From Candidatus Magasanikiibacteriota bacterium (GTDB lineage Bacteria; Patescibacteriota; Patescibacteriia; Magasanikbacterales; UBA922): DNA of 60,936 nt. The notes under the pieces are model-generated. The model searched no databases. It was not told where the DNA came from and worked only from the letters and a program-made list of their open reading frames with translations. The position numbers and the translations under genes are program-made. Positions 17,819 to 26,538 of this stretch are shown piece after piece (position 1 is the stretch's first letter; each line of letters opens with the position of its first letter). The stretch spans positions 1 through 60,936 of the forward strand of contig JACQQA010000007.1 of assembly GCA_016207245.1 (NCBI GenBank), given 5' to 3'.

Positions 17819-18790
17819 ATGTTTAATCAAGAAAACAAAACTTTAGGCTGGGGGGTTAGGGGAGAGGGCGGGGTTGAGATTTGGGACGCGGAGCCGGTCT
17901 TTAGAGATGAGACGATTACTTTGAAAGACAAACTAAAACTTCTGTTTTATCCGAAGAAGTGGTTTTTGTATCGTTATATCAATAAACAATTGACGACGAG
18001 TGAGAGGCGAGATACGAAACAATTAAGGCAGCTTAGGATATTGGATGTGGGGTGCGGAACCGGGGCGGATGTGATTGATTTGAAAAAGATGTTTGGCCGA
18101 AAAGCGGAAGTGGTCGGGGTTGATGTGGTGGCGTTGGAAATTGATATTGCCAGAGAAAAAATTAAACGGCATGGAGTTTGGGCGGAAGTGCTGGTTTATG
18201 ACGGAGAAAATTTGCCGTTTTCGGACCACAGCTTTGACGCGATATATACTTCAGATGTGTTGGGGCATGTCAAAAATGTGGCTGGGTGGCTAGAGGAATT
18301 AAGTCGGGTATTAAAACCGGGCGGCGTGCTGGCAATGTTCGCGGAATCAAAATTAGGCAAGCACGCTTTTATCAGAAATTTCCTGCTGAAGCGCGGGATT
18401 AACACTGACCCACACAAAGAATTTCACATCTCGCTTTATTCAAAAGAGGAGTTGCAGGAAAAGTTGCGCGTGGCTGGGTTTGCGGTGGAAAAGATGTATT
18501 CGGCATTTTGGGCTGGCTTTTGGGTGCACCCGGAAGAGTTTGCCCGCAGATTTGACGACGCAGATGGACGCAGATTTGTGGTGTTGCGATTGATAAACAA
18601 GGTTTTGTATTTGGTGAAGAGAAACTTGCACCCATATTCCACGGCGTTGTGCGAATTGTACGGGTTGGCGGAGATGTTGTTGGTTGGAAGATTTTTAGAA
18701 GTACAGGGGTATGTTATTTTGGGGGAGAAGAGGATGGGAGATGTTGAACGCTTGTCATTCCCGTGGAAACGGGAATCCAGAAATCGTTAG
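17819..18790 (+). CDS. Class I SAM-dependent methyltransferase
   Basis: ILDVGCGTGADVIDL motif I, then LKPGGVL. The C-terminal tail ERLSFPWKRESRNR is encoded by a family-B half repeat. Confidence 0.8.
   Translation: MFNQENKTLGWGVRGEGGVEIWDAEPVFRDETITLKDKLKLLFYPKKWFLYRYINKQLTTSERRDTKQLRQLRILDVGCGTGADVIDLKKMFGRKAEVVGVDVVALEIDIAREKIKRHGVWAEVLVYDGENLPFSDHSFDAIYTSDVLGHVKNVAGWLEELSRVLKPGGVLAMFAESKLGKHAFIRNFLLKRGINTDPHKEFHISLYSKEELQEKLRVAGFAVEKMYSAFWAGFWVHPEEFARRFDDADGRRFVVLRLINKVLYLVKRNLHPYSTALCELYGLAEMLLVGRFLEVQGYVILGEKRMGDVERLSFPWKRESRNR
18754..18780. repeat. Family-B half element forming the 3' end of the methyltransferase ORF
   Basis: gtcattcccgtggaaacgggaatccag. Compare 59231-59296. Confidence 0.7.
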
Positions 18791-18791
18791 T

Positions 18792-20087
18792 ATGTTTAGG
18801 AAAATATTATACACGCGGTTGAGTTTGGGAATTTTTTTGGTGACGGTGATTCTCGGTCTGATTTTTTTGTTGAATCCGTCGTGGGGGATAAAAGGCGATG
18901 GCCATGGTTATTATATTTACTTGCGTTCTCTGTATTTTGATCATGATTTGAATTTTAGCAACGAATATGCTCGTTACGACGCGCTTTACGGCACGCATTT
19001 TTTGCAAAGCGCCATTACTCCTATTGGGAAGTTGGGCAATCCATTCGCAATTGGTTTAAGCATATTTTGGCTGCCATTTTTTATCGCGGCCAGAATATTT
19101 AGCGCGTTTAATTCTCCGGATTATTTTTTGGCTGGTTTTGCTGACAGCTATCAAGTGTGGCTGGGTTTCGGTTCCATCATTTATGGAATAATCGGCGCGA
19201 TTTTTCTTTTTTGCGCTTTAAAGAAATTGTTTTCCGCGCGGTCAGCTTGGTCGTGTGTTTGCGCGGTTATTTTTCTTTCCCCGCTCGTTCACTATTTGGT
19301 TTATGAGCCGTTGATGTCGCACGCTTTGTCTTTTGCTGTTAATAGTGTTTTATTTTGGTATTCAATAATTATCTATCAGGCAAAAGAAATAAGATTAAAA
19401 AATTTATTGATGCTTGGTTTCTTGGGTGGTTTGGTAATTCTCGTGCGTTGGCAGGAGGTGTTCACTTGGTTAGTGCCATTGGTGATTTTGGTAAAAAAAT
19501 TAAAAGAGAATAAGATAAAACTTCGGCAGATTATTATTCCGCCGGCGGTTGCTTTCTTTTGTTTTATTCCACAAATGATAGTTTGGAAATATCTTTATGG
19601 TTCGTTTTTAGTTATTCCGCAAGGGCAGGGTTTTATTCAATTAGGGCAATTAAAAATTTTTGCGATATTGTTTTCCGGCATGCACGGCTTATTTTCTTGG
19701 CATCCTCTTTTGCTGATAGGTTTAGTTGGTTTGTTTGTATCTTATCGCCGAGACCGTTTGCTATTTTATTCTCTTTTGGCCGTATTTCTGGGGCAGATTT
19801 TTATCAATGGGAGTGTGATTGATTGGTGGGGCGGGTCTGCCTTTGGCGCCAGAAAATTTATTGGTGCGCTGTTTGTTTTTGCTTACGGTTTTTCTTATCT
19901 TTTAGATTTTTTATCTCAAAAAAAGTTTCTATATCGTTTGTTGGTTTTTGTTTTGTTGTTTGGAGTATTTTGGAATTATTTTTTGTTAATTTCCGCGCCT
20001 AAAGGTTATTTATCGCTTTCTGAATCTGTAAGTTACAAACAACTTTACTCCGCGCCGTTGAAGGCAGCGGTTGATTATTTTAGATAG
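18792..20087 (+). CDS. Polytopic membrane protein, GT-C (ArnT/PMT-like) glycosyltransferase candidate
   Basis: It has ten or more hydrophobic segments and an early loop GDGHGYYIYLRS...DHD. I prefer the ATG at 18792 (MFRKILYTRL), because the track's longer start runs through the repeat at 18754. Confidence 0.4.
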   Translation: MFRKILYTRLSLGIFLVTVILGLIFLLNPSWGIKGDGHGYYIYLRSLYFDHDLNFSNEYARYDALYGTHFLQSAITPIGKLGNPFAIGLSIFWLPFFIAARIFSAFNSPDYFLAGFADSYQVWLGFGSIIYGIIGAIFLFCALKKLFSARSAWSCVCAVIFLSPLVHYLVYEPLMSHALSFAVNSVLFWYSIIIYQAKEIRLKNLLMLGFLGGLVILVRWQEVFTWLVPLVILVKKLKENKIKLRQIIIPPAVAFFCFIPQMIVWKYLYGSFLVIPQGQGFIQLGQLKIFAILFSGMHGLFSWHPLLLIGLVGLFVSYRRDRLLFYSLLAVFLGQIFINGSVIDWWGGSAFGARKFIGALFVFAYGFSYLLDFLSQKKFLYRLLVFVLLFGVFWNYFLLISAPKGYLSLSESVSYKQLYSAPLKAAVDYFR

Positions 20088-20157
20088 GTTCAAAAAATAA
20101 AAAATCGCCATAGTTTTTATGAGCGATTTTTATTTTCTATCAAGGCCACACCCTCAG

Positions 20158-20186
20158 TTGCATTTTTCTCCCCTCTAATTTATAAT
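20158..20186 (+). promoter_or_regulatory. Sigma70-like promoter upstream of tkt
   Basis: TTGCAT, 17 nt spacer, TATAAT. Confidence 0.5.
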
Positions 20187-20211
20187 ATATCCGATTTAGA
20201 AATTTAGATGT

Positions 20212-22443
20212 ATGTCATACAAAATGCAAGGCGGCCAATATTTAAACTTGCAAGATTCCAAATTGGAAAATATTCCTGGCATTGATCCGGAAAAATTTAA
20301 CGAAGCCGCGCGGATAATGCGCGGGTTGATGTTTTGCGCGGTTGAAGCGGCTAAGTCCGGGCATCCGGGCGGTTCCAGTTCAAAAACCGAAATGTTTTTA
20401 GCAAAAGTTTTGGGCGGGGCAATGGCGTTTGACGTATTGGATCCAAAAAATCCCGGGCGGGATAGAGTGGTGTGGTCTGCCGGACATTGTTCGCCGGGTT
20501 TGTACGGCGGTCTTTCTTTAATATATGGCGCTCTGCGCAAAGCCGGAAAAAAGTTTGACGCGAAAAAATTAGGCGCGATTTTGCCGGAAGATTTAATTCG
20601 TTTTCGCCGGCCTGATGGTCCGCAAGGCCACATTGAAAATCATTACCCGCTGTCAGATATTTCCACCGGCCCGTCAGGGCACGGTTTATCAGCCGCCGGC
20701 GGAATGGCCATCGCGCATCGTTCCTCCGGATTAGACACGAAAGTTTGGGTGTTTATGGGCGACGCTGAATCAGAGGAAGGCATGAGTTACGAGGCGCGCA
20801 ATATTATAAATACGGTTGGCGCGTCAAACTTAATCGTCAGTTTGGATTACAACCATTTTGGCATTGACGGAAATATTAATGAAGTTATTTTATCTCCATA
20901 TATCAACCACTGGCTGGGACTGGGCTGGAATGTGATTGAGGTTGACGGGCATAATATTTTGGAATTAGTTCACGCTTATCAAAAAGCCGCGCAGGGATTT
21001 AATAATGGAAGCCCGACAGTTGTTTTGGCGCACGCGATTAAGGGTAAATTTTATGGCGCAAAAGAAAATACCGCTGATTCGCACGGGAATCCGGCCAAAA
21101 CTGAAGAATACGTGGATTTGATGAAAAATTTAGGTTTTATCGTTACCGGCGAGGTGAAAAAAGATATTGAAATAGTTTTGCAAGCTTTAACGCCGGAATT
21201 GGCGGGATATATTGTTGAGAGATTGGAGGTAGGAAAGACCCGCCTTCGCCCTGGTGGGGCTTCGGCGAGGCAAGCCGAAGAAAAATTAGTAGAAAAAATG
21301 CATTCCGCTTTGGTTGGTAGGCCATTAGTCAACCCGACGGACATCAGACGGCCGAAAGAATTGCCGAAAGAATTAATTTTTGAAGAAGGGACGAAAGTGG
21401 CGACCAGAAAAGCCACGCAAGCGTTTTTTGAGTGGCTGATGAAACAAACCGCGTTTTTTTGGGCCGGTTGCGGGGATTTAAGCAAATCAATCTTAACGCA
21501 AAAAGCGGAAAACGTTTTTGGCGACATTAATCGCGATAATCCGTTCGGCCGTGGCATCCGTTTCGGCATCGCCGAGCAAAATATGGCGATGATGAGCGTG
21601 GGCATGACGATGGATAGATTGCCCGGCGGGTTCGCGCCGATTTCCGTTTTTTCTTCTTACGCCGTGTTCACCTCAATGATGACCAACTGCGTGCGGTTGG
21701 GTTTAATCGGCAATCATTTGAATCCAAAAACCAAGGGTTTTTTTATTCTGCTCGCCGCGCATGACGGGCCGGAAACCGGCGAGGATGGTCCGACGCATCA
21801 GGGCTTGTATTGGATGAGCATATATAACGCTTACCCGGGAATTAAAGTTTTTAAACCAATGGACGCGAATGAGACGATTGAAATGCTGTTTTACGCGCTG
21901 GAAAAAGGCGAGCCGATCGCGTTGTCAGTTACCCGTCCAGATACGATAGTGTTTGACAGAAGCGTTGGCAAGTCAAAAGCGTCAGACGCAACCAACGGCG
22001 CCTATGTATTTTATGAAACTCATAAATCTAAAATCATTCCGCCAGCTGGCGGACATAAATCTAAAATTGTTCTTGTGGTGTGCGGCAGTCAAATTTTAAT
22101 AAATACTATGGAAGCGGTGCGGGAGTTAGAGGCGAAGGAGTTGGAAGTGAAAGTTGTTGCTGTTACTTCGCCGGAATTGTTTGAAGAATTGAGAAAAAAT
22201 AATCCAGAAAAAGCTAATGAAATTTTCAGCGATGAGGATCGCGAACGGACGATCACGATTCACAATGGCTGGAAAGGATTTTTGTATCCGTTTCTTCTGC
22301 CTAAAGATTATGTGAGCCGAACCATTGCGATTGATACTTATTTAAAGTCGGGGAATCAAGAAGAAGTATACGAACTCGCCAAACTTACGTCCGAAGATAT
22401 TAAGAATAAAATTTATGAGTTTACCAAAATTTCTCACCGATAA
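20212..22443 (+). CDS. tkt: Transketolase (with in-frame repeat insertions)
   Basis: AKSGHPGGSSS, DRVVWSAGHCSPGLY, MGDAESEEG, GIAEQNM and HDGPETGEDGPTHQ. At 743 aa it is longer than typical, owing to inserts such as RLRPGGASARQAEE and KSKIIPPAGGHKSKI. Confidence 0.9.
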   Translation: MSYKMQGGQYLNLQDSKLENIPGIDPEKFNEAARIMRGLMFCAVEAAKSGHPGGSSSKTEMFLAKVLGGAMAFDVLDPKNPGRDRVVWSAGHCSPGLYGGLSLIYGALRKAGKKFDAKKLGAILPEDLIRFRRPDGPQGHIENHYPLSDISTGPSGHGLSAAGGMAIAHRSSGLDTKVWVFMGDAESEEGMSYEARNIINTVGASNLIVSLDYNHFGIDGNINEVILSPYINHWLGLGWNVIEVDGHNILELVHAYQKAAQGFNNGSPTVVLAHAIKGKFYGAKENTADSHGNPAKTEEYVDLMKNLGFIVTGEVKKDIEIVLQALTPELAGYIVERLEVGKTRLRPGGASARQAEEKLVEKMHSALVGRPLVNPTDIRRPKELPKELIFEEGTKVATRKATQAFFEWLMKQTAFFWAGCGDLSKSILTQKAENVFGDINRDNPFGRGIRFGIAEQNMAMMSVGMTMDRLPGGFAPISVFSSYAVFTSMMTNCVRLGLIGNHLNPKTKGFFILLAAHDGPETGEDGPTHQGLYWMSIYNAYPGIKVFKPMDANETIEMLFYALEKGEPIALSVTRPDTIVFDRSVGKSKASDATNGAYVFYETHKSKIIPPAGGHKSKIVLVVCGSQILINTMEAVRELEAKELEVKVVAVTSPELFEELRKNNPEKANEIFSDEDRERTITIHNGWKGFLYPFLLPKDYVSRTIAIDTYLKSGNQEEVYELAKLTSEDIKNKIYEFTKISHR
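22021..22067. repeat. Family-C short element in frame in tkt
   Basis: cataaatctaaaat + cattccgccagctggcgga + cataaatctaaaat. A 44-nt stretch is identical to 45194-45237. Confidence 0.85.
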
Positions 22444-23872
22444 AAATTTAATTCCTAACATCACGATCAATCCCAATCTAAACTATCTCGGGACGGAGAC
22501 GGCTTTTGGTTTTGGGGCCGAAGTGCTTGCGGTTGAGAATTCAAAAAAATTTCCGCAAATTTTTAAATTTCATGTCGGCGATACCGGTCCGACCACGCCG
22601 GAGCCGATTATTGATATCGCGATTCAGGCCCTGAAAAACAAACAGACAAAATACGGCCATTTCGCCGGCTATCCGCAGGTGCGCGAAAATATCGCGAGAT
22701 ATTGGAGCGAAACTAGAGGCGTGGAAATTAAAAAAGAAAATGTTTTGCTTCAGCCCGGCGGCAAGCCGGTGATTGAATTAATGTTTCAAGCTTTGCTCGC
22801 TCCCGGCGATAAAATCATCGTGCAAGATCCAGGGTATCCGGTTTACGAATCTTTGGCCGAGTTTAACAATCACGACGGCGTATTGCGCTGGCAGGCGCAT
22901 AAAAATGAAAGCCCTTCGGCTGGTTCGGCAGGCTCACCACAGGGTGGCGTTCAGGGCAAGACTTTGGAGTTTAGAGTGGAGGATTTGGAAAAATTATTGG
23001 CGGGAAATAATCAAGTTAAAATTCTTTGTCTTAACACGCCGCAAAATCCAACCGGAATGATTATTGGCAAAGAAAAATTGGAAGCTATCGCCGAATTAGT
23101 CAGAAAACATAAGTTTTTTGTGATTTTTGACGATATTTACGATCAGATTGTTTTTGGCGGGAGAAAACAATACAGCTTTCTTTCCATTCCCGGCATGTTG
23201 GACTGGACGATTAATTTGAACGGTTATTCAAAAAATTACGCGATGACCGGCTGGCGTTTGGGATTTATCATCGCGCCGGAATGGGTGATAGAAATCTTCG
23301 GCCGGCTGGCGATAAATAAATGGAGCAACGTCAATCGGATGGAACAGATTGTCGCGGGCGCGATTTATGGCGATGTAACTTTGGATGGTTTTGAATATAA
23401 AAGCGTGAAAGACGAAGTGCAGGCGATTATTAGCAAAGATTTTATTGAATATGAAAAGAAAGGCGGGTTTGTTTCCGAATCTTTGAATTTGTTAAAGCCA
23501 TACATAGTTTGCAACGAAGCTGAAGGCGCGTTTTATTTGTTTCCTAGTTTTCAGAGAGTTTTAGATTTGAAGTATGTTAAAGAAAATTTAGGATTAAAAA
23601 GTGATGTGGATTTGCGCAATTGGTTGTTGTACGAGAGGGGGGTTGCCACGCTTTCCGGATCTGATTTTGGCAAAATGGGCGCGGGCTATATTCGTTTTTC
23701 TTACGCCGAAGACAGAAACCGTCACATCATACCGGGCATGAAATATATTTTGAAAGTGGTGATTGAGTTGATAGAAAAATCAAACGAGATTGCGCCGTTG
23801 AAAGTTGAGGAGGTTGATGAGAAGGTGGGGGAGCTGGAGAAGAAATATTTTGAGGTTGGTAAAGTTTGCTAA
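22415..23872 (+). CDS. Class I/II PLP-dependent aminotransferase
   Basis: NTPQNPTG, and YSKNYAMTGWRLG (the PLP lysine motif). It contains an in-frame low-complexity insert SPSAGSAGSPQGGVQGK. Confidence 0.8.
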   Translation: MSLPKFLTDKNLIPNITINPNLNYLGTETAFGFGAEVLAVENSKKFPQIFKFHVGDTGPTTPEPIIDIAIQALKNKQTKYGHFAGYPQVRENIARYWSETRGVEIKKENVLLQPGGKPVIELMFQALLAPGDKIIVQDPGYPVYESLAEFNNHDGVLRWQAHKNESPSAGSAGSPQGGVQGKTLEFRVEDLEKLLAGNNQVKILCLNTPQNPTGMIIGKEKLEAIAELVRKHKFFVIFDDIYDQIVFGGRKQYSFLSIPGMLDWTINLNGYSKNYAMTGWRLGFIIAPEWVIEIFGRLAINKWSNVNRMEQIVAGAIYGDVTLDGFEYKSVKDEVQAIISKDFIEYEKKGGFVSESLNLLKPYIVCNEAEGAFYLFPSFQRVLDLKYVKENLGLKSDVDLRNWLLYERGVATLSGSDFGKMGAGYIRFSYAEDRNRHIIPGMKYILKVVIELIEKSNEIAPLKVEEVDEKVGELEKKYFEVGKVC

Positions 23873-23898
23873 GTAGCTAAGTTTGCTAAGTTTGATTG

Positions 23899-23928
23899 TT
23901 GACGGAGGTTTTAGTTTGGTAGTATAAT
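23899..23928 (+). promoter_or_regulatory. Sigma70-like promoter
   Basis: TTGACG, 18 nt spacer, TATAAT, 10 nt upstream of the ATG at 23938. Confidence 0.5.
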
Positions 23929-23937
23929 ATAAAAACT

Positions 23938-24300
23938 ATGGAAAATGAAGATGCGCAGAAAATAATTAAGATATTGGAACAACATGGAAAGAGATTTGAT
24001 GAACAAGATGAGCTTTTGCATTTTATTTGTGAAACAGTAGCAACAAAAGATGAACTTGGCGAGTTAAAAAAAAAGATGAATGAAAGATTTGACGTGACTG
24101 ATAGCCAATTATCAGGGATTAAAGTTGAGCTGGTGAGTATCGGGAAGGATTTGGAAGAAATTAAATCAAGTTTGAAAAAATTGGAGGATAAAACACAGGA
24201 AGACGATGACGCGATGATTTCTGAAATTGAGAAATTAAAACAACGGGTCGCGGTTTTGGAGCGAGAGCTGGTGAAAGTAAGGCAAATGCAGCCGGCGTAA
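23938..24300 (+). CDS. Coiled-coil hypothetical protein
   Basis: Heptad-rich and charged. It shares a QL(S/G)GIKxE motif with ORF 42802. Confidence 0.6.
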   Translation: MENEDAQKIIKILEQHGKRFDEQDELLHFICETVATKDELGELKKKMNERFDVTDSQLSGIKVELVSIGKDLEEIKSSLKKLEDKTQEDDDAMISEIEKLKQRVAVLERELVKVRQMQPA

Positions 24301-24411
24301 AATCATAACTCCTAACTCTAAAATCTAAACTCCAAAATCCTAAATTATTAGTCCGTCCTCTTGGCCGTTCGGCAAGCTCACGGCTCGGGGCGGATTTTTT
24401 ATTTTTTGATA

Positions 24412-24440
24412 TTGACATTGTTTTGTTTTTTTGCTTAAAT
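24412..24440 (+). promoter_or_regulatory. Sigma70-like promoter upstream of the GC-rich OPT gene
   Basis: TTGACA (24412-24417), 17 nt spacer, TTAAAT (24435-24440), located in AT-rich host-like DNA. Confidence 0.45.
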
Positions 24441-24578
24441 ACACCCGGTTCATTCAAACTAAAAATAAATTCACGCGTTTGGGGCAAAACGCGTGTTAGT
24501 TTTATATAGTTCTAGTTGGTTCAAAGTTTCTGGCGGTTCTATGTGTCCTCTTGGGTGAGGACGAGGAGGGTTTCAATC

Positions 24579-26228
24579 ATGATAGCAGAAAGACCAAGTA
24601 TCTGGATGGGAGTCACACTGAAGAGTGTGATTTCCGGCTTCATCCTGGCGGTCATCATGTGCGCCGCCAATTCCTACCTGACGCTCAAGGCGGGCGTCAT
24701 CGAGGAAGGGCCAATCATCGCGGCCTTGATCTTCACCGGCATTTTCTTTGCACTGAAGCAGAAGGTGACGACCACCGAGGCTATGATCGCGGCCACCATG
24801 GGATCGGCCGGCGGAAGCTTCGGATTCGTCACCAATATCTTCGCGGCCTTCCAAATGGTGGGTATCACGCTCACCACCGGCCAGATGATGTTGCTCACGC
24901 TTTCCACCGGCGTTTTCAGCGTTCTGATGGCCATCCCGTTCTACTATCTCTTCATCGTGAAGGAAACTTTGCCTTGGGTCGTAGGCGAGGCTTGCGCCAA
25001 TGTCATCCAGAACACAGTGGCCTCAAAAGATACCAAGCAGGGTAAAATCATCCTATGGTTCACCATCCTGTTCTTCGGCGTTCTAATGCTACAAGGCAAG
25101 ATGTGGATGCCGGAGATGAGCGACTTCTACACCTTCGGAATGGTGGGAGTAGGCCTGGCTTGGAGCCCCTTCTTCTTGAGTGCCGGAGGACTGTTGGGTC
25201 TGCGCACAGGTTGGGGATTCGTGGTTGGAGCGCTACTGCTTGTGATTGTATCACCGTACACAAACAAGCCGGCCGCTCCCCACAAATTCTTCTATCCGGG
25301 CGTGGCCTTTCTCATCACCTCCGGCCTGACTACACTCGTGCTTAAGTGGCAAACCATGGTGTCTGCGTTGGGCGCCCTGAAGAACATCGGTAGTGATGAT
25401 GGTGGAATTCTCCCACTCAAATGGCTGGCCGGACTTAGCCTAGTCGTAGCTATGATCATTGTTGTGATCCTGAAATACTGGTTCGGGGTGCCTATCTATC
25501 TCGGTATCATCTATATCGTGGTGGGAGGAGTATTCCTGAATCTGGTCGCCATTCGAGCGGCAGGAGAAACAACTTTCAATCCGGTGCGCGCTATGGGTAT
25601 AGTAACCCAGGGCATCGGCGCTCTGACCGGCGCCGTGGACAAGCTGGTCAATCTGACTGGCGCGGGCGTGATGGCTGGCAGCAACAACCAAACCAGCATC
25701 CTGTGCCAGGATCTCTACTCCGGTTGGCGGCTCAAAATTAACCCGAAACTGCAGGTGGCCTTGCAGGCGATGGTACTGCCAGTCATTGCCGTCGTTAGCG
25801 TCGGCATCTTCTACTTCTTGTCATCCACCACTGAGATCTCGTTGGAAAACGACAAGCTGTCGGCGCCGGTAGCTAAGGCCTGGGCCGGATTCTCCCTGAT
25901 TCTTAATGGCGACAAACTGCCCGACAACGCTCTCAATCTGATGTACATATTCGGAATCGGTGGCGTGGTTCTGGCGTTGCTGGAAGGAAATGCCGCTATC
26001 AAGCGCTTCCTGCCTTCCACTACCGGCATCGGCATCGGGCTCATCCTGCCAATCGCTTACTCATTGGATTTCTTCGTGGGCGCAGTGATATTCCTCATCC
26101 TCGCCAAGAAATTCAAAATGGGCGAAGAGACAATAAGTAGCATAGCGGCCGCCGGCATTCTCGGCGAAGCGGCTGGCGGGCTACTGAACGGCGCCCTGAA
26201 AGTCGCAGGCATCTTCCCGTTAGAATGA
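24579..26228 (+). CDS. OPT-family oligopeptide transporter
   Basis: Polytopic, with an N-terminal ANSYLTLKAGVIEEGPIIAA signature resembling the OPT motif aNaYlgLKvG. The ATG at 24579 is preceded by GAGGAGGG. Confidence 0.65.
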   Translation: MIAERPSIWMGVTLKSVISGFILAVIMCAANSYLTLKAGVIEEGPIIAALIFTGIFFALKQKVTTTEAMIAATMGSAGGSFGFVTNIFAAFQMVGITLTTGQMMLLTLSTGVFSVLMAIPFYYLFIVKETLPWVVGEACANVIQNTVASKDTKQGKIILWFTILFFGVLMLQGKMWMPEMSDFYTFGMVGVGLAWSPFFLSAGGLLGLRTGWGFVVGALLLVIVSPYTNKPAAPHKFFYPGVAFLITSGLTTLVLKWQTMVSALGALKNIGSDDGGILPLKWLAGLSLVVAMIIVVILKYWFGVPIYLGIIYIVVGGVFLNLVAIRAAGETTFNPVRAMGIVTQGIGALTGAVDKLVNLTGAGVMAGSNNQTSILCQDLYSGWRLKINPKLQVALQAMVLPVIAVVSVGIFYFLSSTTEISLENDKLSAPVAKAWAGFSLILNGDKLPDNALNLMYIFGIGGVVLALLEGNAAIKRFLPSTTGIGIGLILPIAYSLDFFVGAVIFLILAKKFKMGEETISSIAAAGILGEAAGGLLNGALKVAGIFPLE

Positions 26229-26374
26229 ATATCTTATCACGACGGACAGCACACGCGCGCGTATTGCCCCACGCGCGCACTGCCTTGAATTGACTTCGCA
26301 GTCATTCAAGGTCCTACCGCGCTGTTCCGTCCTTCCCCATTTTTAGCATTAAAAATGTGAAAAGCGGGGAGGAG

Positions 26375-26428
26375 AAAATTTATATTAAAAAATCATTCAA
26401 TAAAGAATGATTTTTTAATATAAATTTT
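26375..26428. terminator. Perfect 24-bp-stem AT-rich palindrome between convergent GC-rich genes
   Basis: aaaatttatattaaaaaatcattc / aataaa / gaatgattttttaatataaatttt. Confidence 0.6.
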
Positions 26429-26538
26429 TTAACTTTCTTCAATCTCCGAAATCATTCAGAAATTTAAGGGAGTGGTGGAGGCGCGGGCGTTGTGATAAAC
26501 GTCGGCGTCTCCACGGGAGGGAAAGAGCGGTGTGCGCG

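Noticed and set aside
18711-18791. An N-terminal extension of the GT-C-like ORF, and similar extensions at 32576-32638, 46989-47036, 56965-57084, 13213-13239, 13314-13334 and 15778-15894.
   Set aside because: These extensions are read out of repeat elements or intergenic DNA. They overlap upstream genes or promoters, and the canonical protein N-termini begin at the internal ATGs.
20212-22443. Transketolase as a pseudogene or fusion because of its unusual length (743 aa).
   Set aside because: The frame is continuous and all the TPP and transketolase motifs are present in order. The extra length is explained by short in-frame repeat inserts.
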